Below are positions 53,540 through 64,000 of a stretch of 64,000 nucleotides of DNA, in pieces. The first letter of the stretch is position 1. The number at the start of each line of letters is the position of its first letter. Made by a program: the position numbers and the translations under genes. This DNA is from Octopus vulgaris (taxonomy: Eukaryota). The notes under the pieces are model-generated. The model did no database searches and was not told where the DNA came from. It was given only the letters and a program-made list of their open reading frames with translations. The stretch covers positions 9,176,001 to 9,240,000 of the forward strand of contig OX597819.1 of the NCBI GenBank assembly GCA_951406725.2, given 5' to 3'.

Positions 53540-54625
53540 TTCTCTGATAACCTAGAACACATGCCCAAAGAAGTCGCAGGAGTCCACCGCAAAGTATCAT
53601 CAGATGAAAGGATGAGCCTATATGAGCAGAAGACTATGCATAGATATGTTAGTAGAAAACTCTGTGATGATAGTAACATCGATCATCAAAGCAGTTTATC
53701 ATGGACGAATAGCCGGATTACTACCTCCCACTTTGAAGGGTACGCGTTTGCAATCCAGGAACAGGAAATATCAACCAAGTACCTGATGCACAAAAGGGAT
53801 TGAGATGCAGGAAAAACCGTACAATGTGACAACCGATGCAGACTTTGTGGAATTCACACTGAAGATATCACCAACATCATAAGCAGTTGTCCAAAAATGT
53901 CATCAGGGTATTATCTACCGACGAGACACGACGTTGTAGCTAGTACGCTCTATAATGAAATTCGTCAGAAGGATAATGCCGAGGACAAAGAAATAAAAAC
54001 TCACAATATGGTAGAAGCCATAGCCACTCATAATAAAAAGGAATACTGGTGGAATCTACCAGTGAAGTCTTAATAAAATGTAAGCACAACAGACCTGATA
54101 TAACGATTTGGGATAGAGAAGGGAAACTTTGCACACTTGTGGAAATTAGCTGCCCCATGGATGCTAACATAAAGCTGAAGATCAGTGAAAGAGAGAAAAC
54201 CTATGCTGAACTATTGAGAAATCTGCGGATACTCTATCCAGATTACAAGTTCAGGTTTATACCTGTAATTATTGGGGCCCTGGGATATGTAACGCAATGC
54301 CTAAATACCAATCTTGAGAAATTAGGCTTCTCAAAACCAGAAAGAAAAAAGCTAATTCGAAGGCTACAGATCCAATTTATCACTTGAACTGTAAAAACCT
54401 GTAAAACTTTCCAGAAGTTTATCATTTGAATTTATATGAGCATGTCTAGATATGTGTCTATATGCATGAGGATACAAACATAAAACATACAAATCAGCAG
54501 ATACATACATACATACAAAAATACCCTGTTGTTGATGTTGAAATTCCAATGAAGGAACCTTGGATCTAGGTTACAAACCGGTTCTTTCTCTATTGGCAAG
54601 AAATCTTGAAATAAACTGAATAATG
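53540..54625 (+). mobile_element. RLE-type (R4/Dong-related) retrotransposon 3' part, second family
   Basis: [64 protein letters not shown]. Confidence 0.9.
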
Positions 54626-54673
54626 ACATACACACATATATGCGAACATATATATATATATATATACACGAAC

Positions 54674-54741
<68 letters not shown>

Positions 54742-54745
<4 letters not shown>

Positions 54746-55127
54746 CTGTGTGGTAAGTAGCTTGCTAACCAACCACATGGTTCCGGATTCAGTCCCACTG
54801 CGTGGCATCTTGGGCAAGTGTCTTCTGCTATAGCCCCAGGCCGACCAATGCCTTGTGAGTGGATTTGGTAGACGGAAACTGAAAGAAGCCTGTCGTATAT
54901 ATTTATATATGTATATGTATGTGTGTGTGTGTTTGCGTGTTTGTCCCCCTAGCATTGCTTGACAACCCTTGTTGGTGTCCTCGTCACTTAGCGGTTCGGC
55001 AAAGGAGACCGATAGAATAAGTACTGGGCTTACAAAGAATAAGTCCCAGGGTCGATTTGCTCGACTAAAGGCGGTGCTCCAGCATGGCCGCAGTCAAATG
55101 ACTGAAACAAGTAAAAGAGTAAAAGAG
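54742..55127 (+). mobile_element. SINE family A
   Basis: Near full-length match. Confidence 0.9.
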
Positions 55128-55167
55128 TATACACACACATACATATATATGTGTGTGTGTGTGTATG

Positions 55168-55220
<53 letters not shown>

Positions 55221-55547
55221 GTATGTCGGTTTGATTTGTTTTGGAAAAATACCTCAGAGAGTGCTCTTAAAAGTTCCTATGCTTCTTGCTGCCGGCTACC
55301 GTCTGTTACTTCTCGCTTTCTGAATAATCGTAAGGATTGGTTATACATGCGGAACTCCTTACAGTTATTGATTGATATAACAATAACGAAGACGACTTGT
55401 AGACGCAAAGTCTTTAGACGTTATTCATTGGCGACGTAGAATGCAGAAACACGTCACGATACATTACTGAAGTCTAAAAACTTTCCATGCATAAGTCATC
55501 CTCGTTATTACATGTGTGTGTGTGTGCGTGCGCGTGTGTGTGATTGT

Positions 55548-55589
<42 letters not shown>

Positions 55590-55714
55590 TTACGTATGTA
55601 TGTGTGTATGTACGCGCATCGGTATGGCTGGAGCTTACGATTAAAGCAAGTAAAAGACGTGATACATACACATACGCACATTTAAATGTACACACACACA
55701 AATATATACATATA

Positions 55715-56232
55715 CTAGCAGTATCGCCCGGCGTTGCTCGGGTTTGTAAGGGAAATAACTATATAAGCATTTTTAGAGAGTTACTTCCCTTATAGATGCC
55801 AATTCGGGCTTTCTTAGCCATTTCTGGTTTTGGTGTCTTCAAGCCATGAAGTCGTTGTTCTAAAAGAACGCTGGTCTCCTTGACAACGCATTACGACGTT
55901 GATTTCCTTACACTCCCTTCCCCACAGCTTCACGAGGGAGGGAAGAAGGGGGAGAAGCAAACACAGGTGCAGGTGTTTGAGCGTGGACGCCAACTCCGCC
56001 GCCATCGACACACGAAAAATTATGCATTAAAATGGAATAAAAAATGATGTTAAATTATTTTTAAAATCGTAGACTCATCGTAGACGCGCGCTAATACTCA
56101 GACGGGCTCGATATGAATCACGACTATAAGATACCCGAATTTGGTTAAACTGCACCGCAAAATGTGGGAGTAGTTAGGAATCTAAATCGAAGGGGACAGA
56201 CACTCACACAACTACAGTTTTATATATATAGA
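55715..56232 (-). mobile_element. Non-autonomous Helitron H1 with a unique ~220-bp interior
   Basis: A|TCTATATATATAAAA at 56232, hairpin plus CTAG|T at 55715. Confidence 0.87.
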
Positions 56233-56820
56233 TATGTGCATGTGTATGTGTGCATATGTGTGTTTGTGTGAGTGTGTAAGTGTCTATCTGTTTGTCTGTC
56301 TGTGTATATATAAATTTATTGAGACTTGAACTCAAGATTATTATTTTCATGTTAACCAAAATGATTTTACAGAAAGTGTATTTCCTAGTTTAATTAACTG
56401 ACGAAATCATTTAGATATTTTGCTTACATGCAGAAATCTTATTGTTTTATTGTTGATGCGTGTGTATATGCGTGTGTATGCTTGCGTTTTGCTCAGCTCT
56501 GCTCGAGCAGGCCTGTGACCAAAGGCATTCCAGTCACAACCATCCCTTCTTTTTCCTATACGTATCGAAACCAGGTTCTTGTCATTCAACGCCTACGAAT
56601 ATCTTGATTTGTGACCGCCATCTAACCTATACCCGAGGTTTCAAGTTGTGGTCTTTAATTGAAATTTGAATTATATCGTAAATAATTAATGATGAAATTA
56701 TGCGCATAACCGCATATAGAGAAAACTTTATTAGGGATGCCTTCTGAATGAAGTTAAGAACCGCGTTTGCCAGCGTATACGACACACATTCGCATAAGAA
56801 GCACCCCTATTTTACAAGAC

Positions 56821-57030
56821 GGCGAGCTGGCAGAAATGTTTGCCCGCCAGGCGAAATGCGTAGCCGTATTTCGTCTGCCGTTACGTTCTGAGTTCAAATT
56901 CCGCCGAGGTCGATTTTACCTTTCATCCTTTCGGGGTCGATAAATTAAGTACCAGTTACGCACTGGGGTTGATGTAATCGACTTAATCCGTTTGTCTGTC
57001 CCCTCTATGTTTAGCCCCTTGTGGGTAGTA
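56821..57030 (+). mobile_element. SINE family C
   Basis: Full-length match. Confidence 0.88.
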
Positions 57031-57594
57031 AAAAAAAAAAAATTTTACAAGTATATTTCATGAAGAAAAATTCAAACACCTTTTGAAAGACATTTTGAAG
57101 TGCTTTTGTAAGGGATGTGCACGCATACACAATATTGTGAATATACTGGAATAAAGTATGAAACCATAAACTTATCATAAACAAACTAGGTTGTATGTAT
57201 ACCAAATCCCAACTTTATCTTCTTTTAGATCAGCTGTACAGTTATTTATAGTTTGATCAAAAGAATTGTATTTCTATGATATTTTTGGCAACTACGATTG
57301 GTCACCAGACTGGCGCATCGGCGCTATGGTTTTGACACTGTCCACACATTGGAAACAGCTGAGAATTTTTCATTCAGGTAATTAAAAAGACAAAGCTTCT
57401 TAAAGGTAACACATTCATTAAAGAACGCAAGCCACATATCAGGTGTAGATTTTGTAAGCAGGGAACAGATGTATAATGAGATGATGGGATCTACCCATAT
57501 GACTGCCATGGTACGTACCATAAGCAATTTTTCATCGGTCTACAGGTACAGTGTCTATGTTAATTTGGCTGGTTTATAATATTTGTTATTGAGA

Positions 57595-58090
57595 CGGCGA
57601 ATCGATAACATGCCGGCAAAATGCTAAGCATTTCATCCATCTTCTGAGTTCAAATTCCGTCGAGGTGGACTTCACTCTTCATCCTTTCGGGGTCGTGAGG
57701 ATAAGTACCAGTTGAGTATTGGGGTCGATATTACCCCTTCCCCTGAAGTTGCTGTTCTGCCAAAATTTGAAAGAAATGTTTTATTGCTAGTAAGGCAGCA
57801 AGCTGGCAGAATCGTTACGTCTTGTACGTCTTTTCTGATTCAAATTCAGCTGAGGTCGATGTTTCAGGACGACGAGCTGGCAGAATCGATAGCTCACTGG
57901 ACAAGATGCTTAGCGGCATTTCATCCGTTTTTACGTTCTGAGTTCAAATGCCGCCGCGTTCGACTTTGCCTTTCACCCTTCCTGAGTCGATAAAATAAGT
58001 ACCAATTGACTGGGATCGATGTAATCGACTTAACCCCTTCCTGAACTTGCTGGCCTTGTGCTAAAATTTGAAGCCAATATTTTATTGTTA
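57595..58090 (+). mobile_element. Cluster of about three diverged SINE C-related copies
   Basis: Repeated gagttcaaat..gtcgact..catcctt..aagtacca motifs with a different tail. Confidence 0.75.
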
Positions 58091-59205
58091 GTAACAATTA
58101 TTATGCTAATGGACTTATCATTATCCGGCTTCCGAGATTATAACCTCGAACTCCCATTCGTAATACACCACATTAGACGCAGGGCAATTTTTGGTAATAT
58201 ACACAAACTTTTAAGAAAGCGCGTCTCATACACTGATAGATACGGTATATATTTAATGCAGTGAGCAAGAGAAATTGTTAATCAGCTGAAATTACACCGA
58301 ATTGAGAATAAAAAGTGTTTAGGGTTACAGAAAATCCTTGTCAAGAGAAGCATGGGAAGAACTCGGAAATTTAAATTTAAATTGAATAAAATTTTAAAAC
58401 ATACCATACATACACACATAGAAATAGAGAGACAGACAGACAGACTAAGCACAAAAACTTGAAGCTGTGGGAATCAATCTGCAATTAATCTCCACCCTTA
58501 GAGGCCTCCAAGTTTGGTGTTGGGAAGGACGATAAAATAGTTTCTTTGATACACACTACCCCAATAAAAGTACCATGTTCCAGGCGATAAGATATCGTCT
58601 TCTTACTGGGATGTAACCTACTTCTGATATATTTTAAATGGTATTTCCAGATCTCCTGATTGTCAAAACTGCTGCTGACACACTTTCTCTATGTTCGACC
58701 TGCTTGAAACACAATCAAATCTCTCTCAAATCACACTATGCCATCTTAAAGAGGGATAGACCCATACGGTGTTGTAGATCTAGACACAACTAAAACTAGA
58801 ATGTTTTCATCATAGGTCAAGTCGATAAAGTTTAGCCTGGAGTTTAATTACAATACAGACTAAAACTAAATGTACAGCGTATTTTAAAGACAGACATTTC
58901 TAAACAGAGATTCAATGTATTATAATAAGCAAAAGGAAGAAGATACACGGTATATTGAAGCAGGAGTGGACACTAATATGGCAGAAAATTCTAAAGTGTC
59001 TTAGTGTGACACTCCACAGAACCTCTAACATTATTGGAAATAAACTGATAACTCAATGCAAGACGAGGACTGAATGAATGTTATACGATTTGAAATTTAT
59101 TCTTTTAAGTCTTTATAAGTGTTGAATAGTCTGATGTCTGATCACCAGACACTTTGCCATATGCCATAGGATGGAATTGAACTCAACAATTCCCGAACAA
59201 TAGGA

Positions 59206-59586
59206 GGAAGCACTCCGTCGGTTACGACGACGAGGGTTTCGGTTGATCCGAAACAACGGAACAGCCTGCTCGTGAAATTAACGTGTAAGTGGCTGAGCAC
59301 TCCACAGACACGTGTACCCTTAACGTAGTTCTCGGGGATATTCAGCGTGACACAGAGAGTGACAAGGCCGGCCCTTTGAAATACAGGCACAACAGAAACA
59401 GGAAGTAAGAGTGAGAGAAAGTTGTGGTGAAAGAGTACAGCAGGGATCACCACCATCCCCTGCCGGAGCCTCGTGGAGCTTTAGGTGTTTTCGCTCAATA
59501 AACACTCACAACGCCCGGTCTGGGAATCGAAACCGCGATCCTATGACCGTGAGTCCGCTACCCTAACCACTGGGCCATTGCGCCTT
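59206..59586 (-). mobile_element. SINE family B with 12-bp TSD
   Basis: tcccgaacaata on both flanks. Confidence 0.92.
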
Positions 59587-60008
59587 CTCCCGAACAATAA
59601 CATAACAGATAAAAACATTGGCATTCTGAATGAGATAAAGGCATAAGTTCAATTTCAACATAAGCACATATTTCTAAAAAAAAAATTTTTTTAACTGCGA
59701 CTAGTGATTGACTGAGGTCAAATTTGTTAAAGGAAATGGAAGATGCAGTTAACAGTCTCAAAAGTTATTCCAGCTGAACTAATAATTCAATTGAAGCATT
59801 CTAGTATAAAATCTGGAACTGTTAAGTAAAACATTCAAAATATAAGGAGGCATGTAGGAGATGTTGACGGGAAAGTTACATTGTAGCGAGAAATGTCACA
59901 AAGCTAATCCAAAGATCCAACTTCCTGTAAAGTGTCAGTGCTATGTATGTGTGTCCGTGCGCGCGTGTGCGAATGTGTATGTGTACACATACACGTATAT
60001 GTATGAAA

Positions 60009-60222
60009 GCGGCGAGCTGGTAGAATCGTTAGCACGTCGGGCGAAGTGCTTAGTAGTATTTCGTCTGCGGTTACGTTCTGAGTTCAAATTCCGCCGAGGT
60101 CGACTTTGCCTTTCATCCTTTCGGGGTCGATTAAATAAGTACCAGTTACGCACTAGGGTCAATATAATTGACTTAATCCGTTTGTCCCCTCTGTGTTTGG
60201 CCCCTTGTGGGTAGTAAAGAAA
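60009..60222 (+). mobile_element. SINE family C
   Basis: Full-length match. Confidence 0.88.
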
Positions 60223-60271
60223 TGGTATATGTATGAATGAATATACATATACATATGCAACACTGTATGTG

Positions 60272-60363
<92 letters not shown>

Positions 60364-60419
60364 CAGATAGATTGATGTGTATGTATGAATTTAAGTATTT
60401 ATGTATGTATGTATGCATG

Positions 60420-60940
60420 CAGATTTGTATGTTTCATTTTATAAATGTATTATCATGCATATAGTTGCATATCTAGACATGCTCATATATACTTAAATGA
60501 TGAACTTCTGGAAAGTTTTACAGATTTTTACAGTTCCAGTGATGGATTAGATCTGTAGTCTTCGAATCAGCTTTCACCTTTCTGGCCTTGAGAAGACTAT
60601 TTCCTCAAGATTTGTATTTCGGCAGTGTGTTACACATCCCAGTTTCCCAATAATTACAGGTATAAACCTGAACTTGTAGTTTGGATATAGTAGCTGCAGA
60701 TTTCTCAGCGTAGGTATTCTCTTTTCACTGATCTTCAGCTTTATGTTAACATCCGCTGGGCATCTGATTTCCACAACTGTACACAGTTTCTCTTCTCAAT
60801 CCCAAATCATAACGTCAGGTCTATTATGTTTACATTTTATTGATGCACTGGGACCTTCCACCAGTACTCCTTTTATTATGAGTAGCTATGGCTTCCACCA
60901 TACTATAGGTTCTTATTTCATACTCCCCGAGGTTATCCTT
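60420..60940 (-). mobile_element. RLE-type retrotransposon fragment, same family as 53540-54625
   Basis: EIRCPADVNIKLKISEK..YPNYKFRFIPVIIG. Confidence 0.85.
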
Positions 60941-61219
60941 CCAACGAGAAAGACTGTTTTAACGAAGTCGCGTCTTTTCCTAACCTTCGAAACGCGGAGT
61001 ATATAAAACGGGACAACTGATGAAGGGATTGTTCTTTATGTTGCCTGTCTCGTTTCTCTATTTGTTTCTTTTGTTGTCCGAAAGACAGTTCGTTTTCCAT
61101 GTTTTTGTTTTTTTATGTTCTCGTTTCTCATATTGTTCACGGTTTTTTTGACGTCCTGTACACATATATGCATGTATATATACATATATATGTCGGTATG
61201 CAATATATGTATGTATATA

Positions 61220-61253
<34 letters not shown>

Positions 61254-61822
61254 TATATATGTATATATATATATATGTATATATATATACATATATATAT
61301 ATACATATATATTAATAAATAAAACATATGCATATATATAAACATATATGTACGTACCTACCGCTACATGTACATATACACGCATATATATGTTCAGGAC
61401 ACCAAAAAGACGTCGAACACAATGAGAAACGAAAAAATAGACACAAACCCAAGGAACTGGACAATTTGTTTAAACAACAAAAAAATAGAGTACAGGACAA
61501 TTAACACAAAGAAAAAAACCCTTCTTCAGTCGCTATGGTTTCATCTACTCTGCGTTTCGAAGGTGAAAGCGAGACGTATCTTCGACAAGAAACTTTCCTT
61601 ACTGCGAAAAGCAAATCAATAAAAATTTTGAGATCTTTTCGCAGAGGGGTAAAAAATGGTAACAAAAACAGGACAGTAACGACAGTACAAATTATAAACA
61701 GTAAAAGACAGGACAAGGAAAATCAAGATAAGAAGGGCTGTTAACGCCGAACGAAAAAAAGTATTACGAACGCGGATTTTTTTGTGAACGACGAACGGAA
61801 CAAAAATAATTGTTGTCCAACC

Positions 61823-61825
<3 letters not shown>
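60941..61825. mobile_element. Inverted pair of non-coding repeat P3 around a TA-rich core
   Basis: ~60941-61160 on + resembles the reverse complement of ~61395-61600. Confidence 0.6.
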
Positions 61826-61897
<72 letters not shown>

Positions 61898-61899
<2 letters not shown>

Positions 61900-62536
61900 G
61901 AATTCAGCGAACACCAGAACCAAATTTGGCGGGCAGGACAGATGAAAATTTATATAAAAAACAGAATTAAATGCATACCTCGGTTTCGGCTTTTAACAAA
62001 AGAATTACTTACATAATTCAAATGTCCGTGCTTCATCAGTGCATTCGTTCATTGTAAATGTAAACTGAAAAACTAACCCCAGCCTTCCGTGCCAAGACAG
62101 ACACGTGCTTAGTTTTACCGATTACATTAAGGATAAAATTTCAAATGTCTTGGTTCTGGCGCGCTAAGAAATTCCTGAAGCGAAGGGCTGCAGTAAATAA
62201 TTCACTGCGGTTAATGTGCTTACTACTAGAGAACGTATTTATTTCAATATTTAAATAATGAGGGAGATAAATTAATATTAATTTTAATATCAATTTAAAA
62301 CCAGTAGTCTAGCATACAAAAAATCCGCTGAATTTTTCCTCTAGAGAATTCCTTTGTAATTTGATCGTTGATGATCTGTTTCTAGCATACGGCCGACTTC
62401 CTAGCAGTCAAGCCCTGCCAATATACACATATATTAGAATTTTCTCTGACTTCTCAGATTTTTTGTATGCTAGACTACTGGTTTTAAATTGATATTAAAA
62501 TTAATATTAATTTATCTCCTTCATTATTTAAATTTA
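61898..62536 (-). mobile_element. Penelope-like repeat P2: partial tandem on minus plus an inverted segment
   Basis: 61898-62195 is the reverse complement of 31679-31975, 62252-62325 is the reverse complement of the unit end, and 62326-62536 is a direct copy of 31966-32170. Confidence 0.8.
61970..62045 (-). ncRNA. Type I hammerhead ribozyme (GUA site), canonical core
   Basis: AATGCA-CTGATGA-AGC..GCC-GAA-ACCGAGGT-A-TGCATT. Confidence 0.82.
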
Positions 62537-62594
62537 TATATATATATATATTATTTATATTATTATACGACCGAACGTCACACGTCCATTTCCA

Positions 62595-62728
62595 AGTAAG
62601 TTTTACCTTAATAATTTTCCTTGTATTGTTTGTCCTGTACTCTGTTTTTTCGTTGTTAAAAAAGTCCGTTTCCTTGTTTGATTTTATGTTTTCGTTTCCC
62701 ATTGTGTTCTACGTTTATTTGTGGTGTC

Positions 62729-62795
<67 letters not shown>

Positions 62796-63049
62796 TGTAT
62801 ATATACATGTAAATATAAGTATGTACATATATGTATGTATATATGCATATATTTTATTTATTTATTATATTGTTATTATATGACCGAACGCACGCGTTAT
62901 TTCTCTATTTCTCTTCTCCAAGTAAGTTTTTATTTGAATAATCATGACGCGCACTCTGACTCTTTTCTTGACCTTTCCTCTCAGCCTGTCTGTCTTCCTC
63001 TCTACTTGTCTCTCTCCTTCCTATTTTTCACCCTTTCTGGTTTATTTTC

Positions 63050-63088
<39 letters not shown>

Positions 63089-63584
63089 CTCCTCCTCCTC
63101 CTCTCTCTGGCCGTTGACCAGAGGGCTACTAAAACTTTCTTTCAGCTTCGTGCTTCAACAAGCATACATCGACTTCCCTGTCTTTCGCAAGCCGATTTTT
63201 CACATGCGTTCTAACTAATTTTTCCACCGTCTAGACCTAAAAAAAAGCCCTTATTGTTGGTTCCCTGTCCTGTTATTCTTTATTTGTACTGTTTTTCTTC
63301 ATTTGTATTGCTTTTACGTCCTGTTCTTGTCACTTGTTTTACCCCTCTGCAAAAGAATTTTACTTAATTCCTTTTGCAGGAAGACTGCTTCGGTCTGGCC
63401 GTGTTCTGCCCTTAACTTCGAAACACGCATTGAGTCGAACCAGGGGCAGCTGATGAAGGGGAATTTTCCTTGTATTGTTTGTCCTGTACTCTGTTTTTTC
63501 GTTGTTAAAAAAAAGTCCGTTTCCTTGTTTGATTTTATGCTTTCGTTTCTCATTCTGTTCTACGTTTATTTGTGGTGTCCTGTA

Positions 63585-63642
<58 letters not shown>

Positions 63643-63720
63643 TGTATATATACATGTAGATGTAAGTATGTACATATATGTATGTATATATGCATATATT
63701 TTATTTATTTATTATATTGT

Positions 63721-63725
<5 letters not shown>
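62595..63725 (+). mobile_element. Repeat P3 partial tandem with (TA)n
   Basis: ~62613-62880 repeats at ~63462-63726. Confidence 0.65.
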
Positions 63726-63765
<40 letters not shown>

Positions 63766-63769
<4 letters not shown>

Positions 63770-64000
63770 GTTGTCTGGAAAGTTCGTGCTGATTTATAGT
63801 AGCTTACCTTTCGACTTATTTTAGAACATGCCTGAGTCCATAAATAGGATTTGACTACACCTCCACTTAGAGCACAGTTTAAGCTATCTTTTCGTGGAAG
63901 AAGCTTTATGTTCCAATAATCTGTGTTAATTCTGTAACCCTTTAAAATGGAAGATAAGAAAGTTCTTTTTCGGCACTTGATGCTTTTCTTTTTCCGTAAA
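63766..64000 (+). mobile_element. mariner transposon left end, runs off window
   Basis: TA|TTGGGTTGTCTGGAAAGTTC TIR, ORF start at 63947 MEDKKVLFRHLMLFFFRK. Confidence 0.8.

Overview
AT-rich, repeat-saturated eukaryotic DNA with no convincing intact host gene. The three recurring tRNA-derived SINE families and the dense (TA)n/(ACAT)n/(ATCT)n tracts look like an octopus genome (inference). The window contains decayed RTE, CR1-like and R4/Dong-type LINEs, Tc1 and mariner transposons, MITEs, non-autonomous Helitrons (one carrying a piggyBac transposase fragment), an internally deleted Gypsy LTR element and a Penelope RT fragment. The main unannotated signal is a population of type I hammerhead ribozymes with very short, mostly palindromic stem III. 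About 9 have near-intact cores and 3 are decayed, across several unrelated non-coding Penelope-like repeat families, mostly beside (TA)n tracts. They include two tandem pairs that would release 588-nt and 198-nt RNA monomers (retrozyme/circRNA-like), a U3-A8 compensatory core variant, U4C variants and long stem II insertions. All structures were paired by eye, nothing was computed, and most boundaries are approximate.
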